In this document: positions 1-11,100 of the stretch, piece by piece
How the letters are laid out: the number at the start of each line of letters is the position of its first letter
Numbering within the stretch: the stretch's first letter is position 1
Assembly: GCA_946965045.2 (NCBI GenBank)
Contig: OX337235.1
Coordinates: 3,410,001 to 3,474,000, forward strand
Direction of reading: 5' to 3'
Source: Epithemia pelagica
Taxonomy: Eukaryota > Protista > Bacillariophyta
Length of the DNA stretch: 64,000 bases
The notes under the pieces: model-generated
Told to the model about the DNA's origin: nothing
Database searches by the model: none
What the model saw: only the letters and a program-made list of their open reading frames with translations
Translations under genes and position numbers: made by a program

Positions 1-720
1 GGACAAGCGCAAGGAGGAACCTTCTTCGCCCATGGCGGGTAACAAAATGACGTACACTTTTTGGCTCGGCTTGGTCGTGCCGTCGTCTTTGTCGTTGGAG
101 GATGACGAGTCCTCCGCAACGGCGGCCGCCGGTTCGACTCGATAAAAGTGACAGTATTCCGATTCGGGTGGCAAGACGGAGGCCATGGGACTCTTGAATT
201 TGCCCGCTTGCATAGTCACCACCAACGAAGAGCTGCTGCTCTTGTTGTTGCTGCGAACGGGCTTGGCGGGTTCCCATTCAATATCGGTGGATTCCAACGG
301 TTGTCCCACGAAACGCTCAATGTCGTTGGTGTCGTTGGTAGTGGTCGGTTTCGTGTGGTCCTTGGTTTTGATTGGAGTTGCTGCTGCTGCTGCTGCTGCT
401 GCTGCTTCTTCTTTCTGTTGTTGTTGCCGCATCCATCCCTGAAGGCCCTGGACCGTCTCGGTGTAGAGTTGGACATTGCCATAGCCATGGGAAAAGAATT
501 TGACCTTGAGATTGGCCAGTGTCGCACACCATTGGACCAGCAAAAAGCCATAATCCAGCCAGCCCAACCAATAGCTTTGACAACGCCACCAGGACCATTT
601 GGCAGGTTTCAGGAGAGCTGGATTGGGAGGACCCGCAGTTTGGGAACCACCCAACGACGAAAAAGAGGACCCGGCCGTCGATCTAGTCAATAAGGGTTGC
701 TTGAGATCCTTGGTGCTCAT
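1..720 (-). CDS. ABHD18/DUF2048-like alpha/beta hydrolase, 3'-partial (runs off the window start)
   Basis: Hand translation from ATG 720 is open to position 1; the ORF track misses it because it has no stop. KFFSHGYG, AGKFKSPMASVLPPES and VYVILLPAMGEEG parallel the ABHD18 motifs KLFIRGWG, GHFVSPMA..MPIES and VCIHLAGTGDH. Confidence 0.65.
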   Translation of the reverse strand, partial: MSTKDLKQPLLTRSTAGSSFSSLGGSQTAGPPNPALLKPAKWSWWRCQSYWLGWLDYGFLLVQWCATLANLKVKFFSHGYGNVQLYTETVQGLQGWMRQQQQKEEAAAAAAAAATPIKTKDHTKPTTTNDTNDIERFVGQPLESTDIEWEPAKPVRSNNKSSSSSLVVTMQAGKFKSPMASVLPPESEYCHFYRVEPAAAVAEDSSSSNDKDDGTTKPSQKVYVILLPAMGEEGSSLRLS

Positions 721-1646
721 ACTGTTGTTGTTATTAATGATATGGATCCAGAACAACAGATTCTTATGTAATTGTTTTGGAGAAAACGAGGACGAGCGAA
801 TGTATGCGAAAAGATTCCTCCCGTCTCCAAATAAGATTTGTGGTGGAGGAGGGCACAATTACAGGACGACCGAGCCGCCATGGTCGTCATCGTTGGATCT
901 TCCTGTATGTTCCGCCTACGAATCGGCAGGAGTGTTCCAATGCGGTCGCTGATTTACACACTCCAGCTTTCTTACTTCAAAATATAATTATATAATCCTT
1001 TTATGTGAAAGCTTCACGCTGGGAAGCAAACCCCATGTATGCGTGTTTTGTGCGACCCGTGAGACGGCCTGGGAGGACACGACGGTTTGACGTTTGGGGT
1101 TTGGGATGATCGGATTCGTCAAAGATCAGAATTGACAGACGACAACATGCGAGATGGAGTCACTAATAGGTTCAACAAAGATTGAGAGAATCGACTGTAA
1201 AGAGTCTTGCTTTTGTGAGAGGTGTATTCGACTCATCGGATCAATCCATGCAAGACGCATCGGCCATGGCTGTGAGTGGATTTCTCTCAACGTGACCAAG
1301 ACGTACTTTGATGCGAGACTGGGGACTGGTAAACCGGTGCTTCTGGCCAGACGACCAGTCACTGCGTTGAGAATCTGCTGTAAAATATTAGTTTTGCAAA
1401 GGGCATTCGGCCATCGTTGCTTCTGTTTGTTTCACCATACACAAATGGAGGAGTGGCATGGCCAACACGCAAGTTCACGCTCCATAGCCAGTGGTTTCTT
1501 TTGTTATCATTGCTTGTAGAGGCTCTCACAGAGGCAAAGTATGAGGCCATTTCTCCATTGGTCACCGCTCCCGTGGTTGGTTTGTGGTTTCGCGTATTAG
1601 GAATGGAACCCACACATGAGCACCGGACACACCTGCACTTTTGCTT

Positions 1647-2645
1647 CTACAATCGCGCTTGTGGTGGAAGGCGTGGCCCATAGATGGGCAAATGATGGGT
1701 GTCATTAGGAATCTCGTGCAAGGGCAAATAGGTATAGGATTGTCCGCCATCGACACAGAGGGTGGCCCCGGTAATGTAACTTGCGGCATCGGACAAGAGG
1801 TAGACCACGGCACTGCTCACTTCGTGCGGTGTCCCAAATCGTTTGGCGGGAACGGACGGCAAGAGTTTGGCGGCATAGTCACTGCCGGCTTCGCCATAGG
1901 CTTGAAAGCCCGAATCGGTCCACACAATGCCCGGTCGGACACAATTGAGTCGCACACTGGATTCCATCCATTCCGTACACAAGGTGGCGGTCAAATTTTC
2001 CACTCCGGCCCGGGCCGCCCCGGAATGACTCATGTACGGCATGCCATTGCGATTGCCCAGGGTAATGTTGCAAATGGCACAGGAAAAGCCCTCTTTGTGG
2101 GCCTCATGCGATTGCATGTATTGGAGATAGGCTTGTTGACACACCAAAAAGGTTCCAATCAAATTGGTTTCCACGACGGCGGCGAATCCGCCTTTGGACA
2201 AGTCTTCGGCCGGCGACACGAATTGTCCGCCCGCATTGTTCACCACATAATGCAAGGCATGCCGAGGCGTGGCTTGCAAACAAAAGGCAATCAAGGCTTG
2301 GACTTGATGGGCGTCTCGAATATTGGTGGAAGGACCGGCCACTACACGGCCCGCCGGATTCTTCGTTTGGGATGCTGCTAGTAGTTGGGCATTGAGGGTC
2401 TGGGCCGCTTGTTGGACCACCTCGTGACGTCGACCACTAATAATCACGGTACATCCCAAGCTGGCCAATTCTTGGGCAATGGTATATCCAATACCCGTAC
2501 CACCTCCCGTCACCAAGGCCACTCGACCCTGAAACAAATTGGGACGAAAGACAGATTTCCAGGAGGAGGAGGAGGACGACATTGCCGTAGTGTCGGCCGT
2601 GGTGGCGCCAGTGGTGGAGTGCGTCTTTGCTTTGGGTAAACTCAT
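1647..2645 (-). CDS. PECR: Peroxisomal trans-2-enoyl-CoA reductase-like SDR
   Basis: SDR motifs VTGGGTGIG and NNAGGQF. PECR-type HSGAARAGVENLT lacks the catalytic YxxxK. The C-terminus -ARL is a PTS1 signal. First ATG at 2645 (the track start at 2651 is GTG). Confidence 0.9.
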   Translation of the reverse strand: MSLPKAKTHSTTGATTADTTAMSSSSSSWKSVFRPNLFQGRVALVTGGGTGIGYTIAQELASLGCTVIISGRRHEVVQQAAQTLNAQLLAASQTKNPAGRVVAGPSTNIRDAHQVQALIAFCLQATPRHALHYVVNNAGGQFVSPAEDLSKGGFAAVVETNLIGTFLVCQQAYLQYMQSHEAHKEGFSCAICNITLGNRNGMPYMSHSGAARAGVENLTATLCTEWMESSVRLNCVRPGIVWTDSGFQAYGEAGSDYAAKLLPSVPAKRFGTPHEVSSAVVYLLSDAASYITGATLCVDGGQSYTYLPLHEIPNDTHHLPIYGPRLPPQARL

Positions 2646-3410
2646 GGACACACGTTGAATTTTTCAAGGATGATTCACAACTGACTGACTATGTAGAGCC
2701 AACCAAACTAGGTAGAACAGACAAGAGCAATACGCCGAACGGAAAAGCGAGCAGGAGACACCAGCAATAGAGACTCTGATGTGAAGAGGACAATCCTAAC
2801 AGCCAAACGATAAGATAGTCCACCGATGTGTGTGGTTCTCTGGTTTCTGGTTTGACGAGAATGGTGTCTTTGACAGCGGCTGTCCCTCCCATCTCCCATT
2901 GCGAGTATATACGTATGCAGTCGCACAAACCACGCACGACAGTGAGGACCCCCACAGTTATCTGCCACCATTTGTTGGCAACGATCGATAGATCTTTTGC
3001 TATCTATTGTATGCATCCTCTAGCTCTAATCTCTAATACCTTGCTACTCCTATTATTGATGACTCTATTTCCTTCTCCTTCTCCTATCGGGAATCGGGAG
3101 ACTGTTGGCAATGATGGTTACCATGCTTGCCTTCACGCCTTTTATCTTGTACTACTAGGCCGTCAATGGTTTTCCCTCCCCGATTCCTCCCATATAGTCC
3201 GGGAAAAGGCGCATCCGTCGTGTAAAATACAGTGTCATTAAATGGCACAACAACGAAGGAAGGGACGGGATACCATGACCCGACCACCCCACCCAAAACC
3301 AGAACAAGACACGACGGATCCAACGATTGATCATGATGCTGCTGCTTCGTGATGTTCTTGTTCATGTCGCACCCAACAAGAATCGAAAATTTGCTCCCTT
3401 TGACCTGAAC

Positions 3411-3992
3411 TTATTGGATCAATGCAGTTCTAATATGAATTTGATCGCATAGTCCACTGGCAACACGCGGACGAGGAAGCCAAATACTCGCCAAAGGTCG
3501 AGTGAGCGGCGCGCCATGGCCAATGACAGCCGCAAACCATGGATGGTGAATCATCAGCGCAAGACGAGCAGTCATTGAACAGGCCTGTTGTTGCGAACAG
3601 GCCAACCCTGCCGTGACTCCAAAGACCGCAGGAGGAGGGTTCTCCTGTAGGCGGACGAAATTGATAATCCCAATCTTGAGGTTGTCAAGGTCTCGGCCCA
3701 CGGCAGCCATCCCGTCATGGGCAGGAATCGCAACGCCTCCATGAATGGAATTTGGAGGCAGCAGGGCGCCCCTAGTCGCACCATACGCAGCGGCCTTGCC
3801 CCAAAATTCCTTCAAGCCAGCGTCATTCCATCCAAAGACAATCGGGGGGTCATCTTCGTTCTTGGCGAGGCGCAAAACGTGTTCAACAACCTTCTCGTCG
3901 TCAATAAGGGTTCTGAGATACACCTTATTGCCTCCTGCAGTAGACAAGGATGACATTGTCCAATCGGGTAAAGAACGTACTTCACTGGTCAT
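3411..3992 (-). CDS. Hypothetical protein, 193 aa, intronless
   Basis: ATG-started ORF with globular-looking composition and no low-complexity tracts. No family recognised. Confidence 0.45.
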   Translation of the reverse strand: MTSEVRSLPDWTMSSLSTAGGNKVYLRTLIDDEKVVEHVLRLAKNEDDPPIVFGWNDAGLKEFWGKAAAYGATRGALLPPNSIHGGVAIPAHDGMAAVGRDLDNLKIGIINFVRLQENPPPAVFGVTAGLACSQQQACSMTARLALMIHHPWFAAVIGHGAPLTRPLASIWLPRPRVASGLCDQIHIRTALIQ

Positions 3993-4732
3993 GAGTAGAC
4001 AAGAGCTGCTGGATTACATGGGTTGCAACAAGAAGCGAAACAATGTTATGGTGGCATGGATTTTTATGTGAATAGGGGTTGGGTTTTGGGTTTGTGGTTT
4101 CGTTTTAAACTTTTGAAATTTTCAAAATGTTAAAGCATTGACTTACTGGGACTGACTACCCCACCACATTGTTGGGGCGAAGGGCGGATTGCGTCGTGTG
4201 CGAAAATGGTCAGCCCCCCACCACACACGCCGCGCGCGCATCTGGAAAAAGTGAGACGGCTGAGAATTCTGGGTCATCCGAAGGAGTCATCCCAACCATA
4301 TATCTCGTACTCGTGAGTGGTCTTGCCCTTCTGGCGGGTCCGTACGATGTACGATACTCGTAGTCCCTACGTCGACCGTCAAAGACTCTCGTATGTCCAT
4401 CGTCCGTAAGAATCTACCGGTACTACATCTGCGAGGCAGGAACGATGAAGTAATACAACAGTTTAAATATCTTGTATAAAGCTTCTATGCAAACTCTGGA
4501 ATGTGTTTGTGGGTTGACGTCCTTACCACCGTCACCGTGTGGTGCTCCCAAGACTGTGGATTTGGGGTTTGTCAACATAGCAGCGTACTTGGGAGATTGC
4601 GTCGTTGCATCCAGGAGTATCCGTTATTCCTTTTCTCTACTTCTTCTTCATCACCAAGCGGTACACCATTCACTTTTCCAAATGATGCTTCTTCTTCGTC
4701 GTCTTGTTTTGCCTTGGGGTCTTGAGGATTGT

Positions 4733-6355
4733 TCAGTCCGTTCCTTCTCCCCGTGCTTCGTTGTAATAGGCCGCCAATCGGTCTCCTACGGGAACGCCTT
4801 CAATGGTACAAGCCTCGGCATCAAAGTCGTACCAATCAAAACTCAAATATTCCAACTTGTATTCAATGGCACTGGCATCGCACCCATAGCGGTCTTCCAT
4901 AAAGGATGGCAAATTATTCTTGATAATGTAATGTCCCAGATTGAGTCCGGCATAATTGTCTTGAGGATAATGCACACCGGCCACGGTCCGGGCATAGGCC
5001 ACGGCAAAATCGACCCGCAAGGCTTCGCAATATTGTTCGGCCGTCAATTTGACCAAAATGGGCAACCAAATCGAACAGGTACTTCCGGCGGCATGCATGG
5101 CGGGCCAGGACGGATGCATGGGCGATCCATCTTCGTAGGCCGTAAAGTCGGCGGAATGCTTCAGGTTCATGGACAGAATCTTTTGGACGAGTCGGTGCGG
5201 GACACCATCGGCGACCGTAAAGTCGCCCGTGGCAATCAACCAGGCCACTTCTTCGGGACGGGCCACGCCGAAACGCCACTTCAACAAGAAGGAAATGGAC
5301 GCGACTTTATCAATCGTCCAGGTATTGAGGGCGGACATGAGAAATTGAGCGCCGACAATGTCATTGACGGAGCGAAATGGCATGACATCATAATCCATTT
5401 CAATACCAGCCTTGAAAATGGATTCCAAAAAGGCTTGTTGCAACGAAGCCGGATATTCGTTTTGGACCGCCTTGGCGACGGCCGCAATATCGTACGACTT
5501 CCACAAATCGGGCCAGCGACTGTAGAGATAGGGATCCTTGTCGGCGCGTCGGGCAATTTGAACGTCCACGACATGTTCCAATTCTTCCCAAAACACACTG
5601 GAAGGATCGGAACTGGGATGGACGGGTTCGCGGAGTTTGTACATGTAATCGTGCGCCGACGTGCCCAACAAGGCAAAATCGTCGGGTGTCACGACGGCAT
5701 CGGCCATGGTTTGCGTTTTCAAAATGTGCGTCCGACGATTGTTTTGGGGTGGATAATGGTCCGGCAAGAGGGGGAAAATGCCACTGTGGACGCCCTGGAG
5801 GTAATTGCGACTGTACTGGTACCGCCAGGCCGACGTCCAATGATCCTCCATGACGGGCGGACACTTGTTGAACCGAATCTCGTCAATGGAACGATCGTGG
5901 CGGTCACCGACACCGCCCGTGACATTGACAAACAATTCCGGACGAATGGGTTTGTATTGAAAGTGATAATGATAATAAGAAGAGTCTTCTTCCTCATCAT
6001 AATCGGGGCGACGGCGTGGAGGATAACGACGACCGGGATACCGGTAGCGAGGCGGAGATGGAGGACCCCACCAGGGCCAAAAGGATCCGTACCACGGATT
6101 TTGGGGGCGACGAGACCGAGGCGTGTAATAGGATTGTCGGCGAAGACTGCGCGTGTCATCCTCGTGCTCGTTTAGATTCCACTCGTCTTGTTCTTCCGCC
6201 AGGGACCGTTCCGGATCAGTCATTGTCGTCCAGTCCTTGGTTTCTGCTGCTTGTTGTTGGCGGTGGGGAAGCCAAACGGATCCCATTAGGGCCAACAGGG
6301 CCACACTGGAGAGGACCATCCATAGTTTCGGTCTCGAAGAAGAAAGAGTCACCAT
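4733..6355 (-). CDS. Vanadium-dependent haloperoxidase-like (PAP2 superfamily) secreted/anchored protein
   Basis: N-terminal hydrophobic segment. The three vanadate/phosphate-binding motifs are present in order: KWRFGVARPE (K-x6-RP), HPSWPAMH and RTVAGVHYPQD. Confidence 0.85.
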   Translation of the reverse strand: MVTLSSSRPKLWMVLSSVALLALMGSVWLPHRQQQAAETKDWTTMTDPERSLAEEQDEWNLNEHEDDTRSLRRQSYYTPRSRRPQNPWYGSFWPWWGPPSPPRYRYPGRRYPPRRRPDYDEEEDSSYYHYHFQYKPIRPELFVNVTGGVGDRHDRSIDEIRFNKCPPVMEDHWTSAWRYQYSRNYLQGVHSGIFPLLPDHYPPQNNRRTHILKTQTMADAVVTPDDFALLGTSAHDYMYKLREPVHPSSDPSSVFWEELEHVVDVQIARRADKDPYLYSRWPDLWKSYDIAAVAKAVQNEYPASLQQAFLESIFKAGIEMDYDVMPFRSVNDIVGAQFLMSALNTWTIDKVASISFLLKWRFGVARPEEVAWLIATGDFTVADGVPHRLVQKILSMNLKHSADFTAYEDGSPMHPSWPAMHAAGSTCSIWLPILVKLTAEQYCEALRVDFAVAYARTVAGVHYPQDNYAGLNLGHYIIKNNLPSFMEDRYGCDASAIEYKLEYLSFDWYDFDAEACTIEGVPVGDRLAAYYNEARGEGTD

Positions 6356-6871
6356 GATGATAATGGATCAAGAAGCAAGAGTCGTTGGCTCTATCGAATC
6401 AAAGGTTGCTGTTGAGAGGAGGTTGCTTTGTTGTTTGGGAATGGTTGTGTTGTTGTGATAATGTTGCTCGAGAAGAGAGACACAACAACACACTCGAATG
6501 CAGGCACAAAAAATGAACGTGCGTGTCGTCGTGGTGAACAAAGTGAGGACGAACCTTCGCATCGAGACCGGAAGTCCTCTGCGTCCATTCCCAAGACCCA
6601 ATTTTTGTGCCCTCCCTATTTGTGTTTAAAGGGGATAATTTTTGGAAATGTCCGGATTTTGGCTAGGCGGGCGCGATGGTGTTTCAGTATTATTTCGCTT
6701 CTCGAAGCCCATTGGCCGGCGTGAAAGTCATTTTGGCGGACTTTTCTCCATGAGAATGTTTTGACTTAAGAGATGACTATCCACTATCAGTCCGAATGTA
6801 CAAGATAATTGGCAGCCGAGCCTGCCCTCCCACTTTCCAAGTCATACAATACGTTCTTCTCGGAAAAAAGG

Positions 6872-7459
6872 TAAGGGCTGGGTAAGCCGATCCATGTTCG
6901 GCTAGGTAGGCTCAGTACAAAAGCTACGTAGAGTACATAAAATCAGATAGTACACGTCACGCCGGAAATGGTCGGAATTTCAAAAAAAATGCAAAAACGC
7001 TCGACAATGATGGCGAGATCCGGTGACGCCGTATGCATTCACCCATGCATCGCATAAACATCCAACCACCGTAAGTTCTTTGCCTTTACCCTTGAAATTG
7101 TTGTCTAAAATTACAGAAGATTTGCCAAGTTGGCTGAAAAGGTAAAATCGAACGACCGCCCTAACTCACTCATTTTTCAATGCTGACTCGACCGAATTGA
7201 AAGCATAGTCACTCTAGTAGTAAATAATTTTCTTGTCAAAGCGGTCGAGGCAAGCTCTATTATTGAGGAAGTTATTGCCATGGGGGTGATGGCTTCCACC
7301 ATTGTCGAGCGATGGCTTCCAATTTGCATTGTTTCTCGTGGCAGCAAGTTTTCGATTTGAGACCATCCGCCCCACTTGTTACACTGATGAAAATAGTACT
7401 ACGTAGCTTAATGTACTGAGCCTACCTAGCCGAACATGGATCGGCTTACCCAGCCCTTA
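6872..7459. mobile_element. MITE / non-autonomous DNA transposon, ~590 bp
   Basis: 6871-6919 is the exact reverse complement of 7412-7460 (49 bp), with a further AAGCTACGTAG match inside. TA flanks the AGGGCTGG...CCAGCCCT termini on both sides. There is an internal inverted pair CGCTCGACAATG at ~6998 and ~7300, and no coding capacity. Confidence 0.82.
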
Positions 7460-8165
7460 CTCGTCCGGCGAGGACTGCGGACTCGACTGTCGTATAAACT
7501 GTAAGCAACGGAAATTGGCCAGGTTCCCTCTTTGGCATTCGGAATTCGGAACCACTTCCCACAAGACTCGACACGAGTGGTTGCATGTTGCATAGGAAAA
7601 GCTACTCTCTGTAACGTCTCATGTAACGTCAAACCCAAAATTGGGGGGAACTGGGGGATCTGCATCCGACGAAAAAGGTCGTATCTTGGCATGTGGGTGG
7701 ATGTTGGATGTTTGGACTTAGAGAGAGGGGTTCTCTCTCCTTGTCTTCAAGAAAAAAAATGCCACTCGAAACAATCCTTGCAGCATTGTACGACCATTCA
7801 GATGTCCCATGACAGGACGACTCGATTGCTTTGGTCTTATTGTTGTTGTGGATGAGGATGATGATTCGGGTGGCGCAAGGATGATCCAAGAAGGGAAACG
7901 CTCGGTTCCTTCAGGCGTATGTCAAACATAGCTGTAAGAGGAAGTCGAGCACTATTTGTAATCCTACTAGCTGGAGAGGGGTAGCCAGAGTAGAGAGCCT
8001 CGCCAGGCCCAGGAGTGTTGCAATAGACAACATGGACTCTCGAAAGGAAGCTACCATTGAGCAGTCATTTATAAATATCTGTTACTGTATTACATATCCT
8101 TACAAGAGATTGAGAAATAGGAAACCCCAGTTTCCTTGAATTGAAATGGCCCCGGCACGTTCTAG

Positions 8166-11100
8166 CTAGAGAATGACTAACATTCCAACAAGGAGAACCA
8201 ATACTGGCCATGTACCACTTCTCCGATTGAACCGCAGGAGCCGGGGCGCCGACGATGATAGTGCATACAAGGTACCACCACAGTTGGTTTGTCCATAGAG
8301 TTCTGGATCGGCCGAAGAGCATTGGACACAGGCCATGCCCAGACTGTTGGTCGATTGTCGACCTTCGTGGGTGGATGTACCGGGATGACAGACCAACCCA
8401 TCACATCCAAAACGACCCACATCACCATTGTTCCATTCCGTTTGTTCACACAGTTTCATGGGAAGATCCGTCAATTGATTCTTTCCCAACTCCAAATTCA
8501 ACTTGGGGAATCGCGCCAGGTCGGGTGGTACTTCCCCCGTCAAATTGTTACTGGACAAGTCGACCCGAATACCATGTCCCGTCGTAGTTCGTTCGAGAAA
8601 ATTGCTCGGTATGGTTCCGTTAAACTGATTGGAGGATAGTCGCAAATCCATCAGTGTGAGAGAGTCTGCAAACGCCGGCAACGGTCCCGACAGTTGGTTG
8701 TCGTTCAGTTGCAACGAACGGAGGTATCGAAGGCTATCAAACGAATCCGGAAGAGGGCCCGTCAATGCGTTGTGTCCCACGTTCAGCAATCGGATATTTT
8801 CCAGCTCCAACAACTCGCTCGGGAATGCACCGGCCAAGTCGTTGTGGGCAAGTGATACAGCTGTCAACAACGTTCCGTCACCCAGGCCATCGACCGATAC
8901 TAGCCCCGTAGACTCGAGACGTAAATCGAGCAAATTCTGGGCATTTTCAATACCATCAAAGGTCATTTCAATAGCATTGTGACTCATCCAAAGAAGCTTC
9001 AACTTAGGAAGACGATAGATACTCGACGGAACCTTTCCGTCCAACTTGTTCTTGTCCAGATTAATGGAAATGACATGACCATTGTCACATGCCACTCCGT
9101 ACCAGTCGCAAAAACTTGCCTTGGAAAGCCAGTAATCATTTCGGTACCAGTTCGAACCCCTCAATGCTTGAAACAGCTCCACTAGGATATCTCGTTCATT
9201 TGGTACGACATCACAACTGGTACTTCCATAAAACTGCGCTGCACCTGCCGCAACTGCTGATGCGTCACATGTTGCACATGGGTTGCGAATATCTACCTCC
9301 TGTCCATAGTCATTGGCAGTTCCAGGCGGACAAAGAAATGCATCACAGGTGGCATTGTCAAGATTTTCGGTCACCCACGCCCAGGCATTCGAATCGCAAA
9401 ACTCCTGAGACATTTCAGAGATTTCATTGTCCACCACAGCAAGGCGCAACTCTGATAACGAGGCTAACCCATCCGGGATGCTCCCCACAAGGTTGTTGTG
9501 ATTCAACACAACTTCCTGGACACCCAGGGAAGCTGCCAGGAAGTTGTCAGGGATTGAACCTGTCAAGTCATTACCTCCGAGGCCAATCGATTCTAACATG
9601 GAAACTTTGTCAAAGGATGGAAGTTTTCCAGTGATATCCCGCCCTGCCTTGGCAAGCCGTACAATAGATACATGTCGGAGTTGTGGGAGAGCAGATAACT
9701 CTGTGGGCAGGGCACCGGAAATCAAACAATCGTCCAAGACGAGTTCCTGAAGTTTCGCCAAGTTGCCGATGCTGGAGGGGATCTCACCGTGGAAATCATT
9801 CCCTGAAAGGTGAAGGAATGTAAGGGCACTGATGGCGTCAATATCTTCCGGTAGAGTCCCCACGAGAAAATTCCAATTCATGTGAACTGTATTGATGTTC
9901 GACAACGACAACACCTCTTCGGGGAATGGTCCTGAAAGCAGCAGTTAAAGAACAACAGAGTAAGTTTCAGGCTGAACACAGAACCCAACGTCAACTACTC
10001 CTCAGTGCAATGCCTTTTTTGCCTATGGGCGGGTCACACGTACCATACAAACCCGCTTGGTCCGCATACAGCTCTTTTAACAGTTTGGCTCGTTGAAGCC
10101 CTCGCAGGCTGGTGACATGTGTGTAGGAGACATCCAACACTTCCAAAGCGGATGCATCATTCATGGGAGTTGACATGGCTTCGAATGAGACGGTAAGATG
10201 GCTGTTTCCCCGTAGCACCAGTTCTCGCAAAAAGGGCAAAGCCCAAACGACTTCATGGGGAAGCGTTCCACGAAGATTGTTGCTCGCCAAATTCAAGACT
10301 TCGACACCATGATCATCTTGCAAATCCCCGGAACATACCACACCTTGCCAACTGCAAATTGGAGTTTCAGATCCCCAGAATTGCTGCTTGTTCCACGATT
10401 TACCATCCGTCGCAGCATAGAAAGTGTTCAAAATGGATCGTTCCGAACTCGAGTCATTGACGCCAAGACACTTGGTTTGACCCCAATACTGGTAATTGTA
10501 GCTCTGTTGATCGTCGTCTTGTTCGGGACATTTGGTACATGGTCGTTGGGGTGTATCTTGTCGTCCAGCGGCACTTGCATACCCAATGGGGCACAACAAT
10601 GTGTCACAAGCATGACTGACACCATCCGACCCCGTCGGGGTGTCATCAATTTCACCGACAGCTCCATTCATCCAATCACCATTGTCGCACAAGCTCAAAG
10701 GGACACTGAATATGCGATTGTCTGCCAAATCAATGTACAAGGTAGGGAATCGCTCAAAGGACGGTGGAAGAGTCCCTGAAAAGTCATTGTTGCGCATCAA
10801 GACGGTTATGGGTTTTTCCAGCTGCGCCGAACCTTCCAACAGAGATGCAGGTATCTCTGGACCAAAGTCATTGTTGGAGATATCCAAGTACCACAAGTTG
10901 CTCGCCTGAGCAAAATCTGGCAAGGCGCCATGGACAAGTTCTCTGCCTTTTTGATTTTGGATCGACAACTGTTCCAAATTCGGAAGTTGATTGAGCTCCG
11001 TGGGTAAGGTACCTGAAAAGTAGTTCTCTCCCAGGACCAATTCGCGTAATTGCAACAGACTTCCAATGGAGGTCGGTAACTGTCCTTGGAACTGATTGTC

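Noticed and set aside
131-140. GGTTCGA T-loop-like strings (also ~35194 and ~36782) as tRNA genes
   Set aside because: No cloverleaf stems or A-box around them, and two lie inside coding frames.
1126-1613. Short ORFs between the ABHD18-like gene and PECR
   Set aside because: No motifs, overlapping frames and non-ATG starts.
4472-6175. Long antisense ORFs (for example 567 aa at 4472+, 615 aa at 45723+, 442 aa at 14461+, 425 aa at 33843+)
   Set aside because: They are shadow frames opposite recognisable genes, with no motifs of their own.
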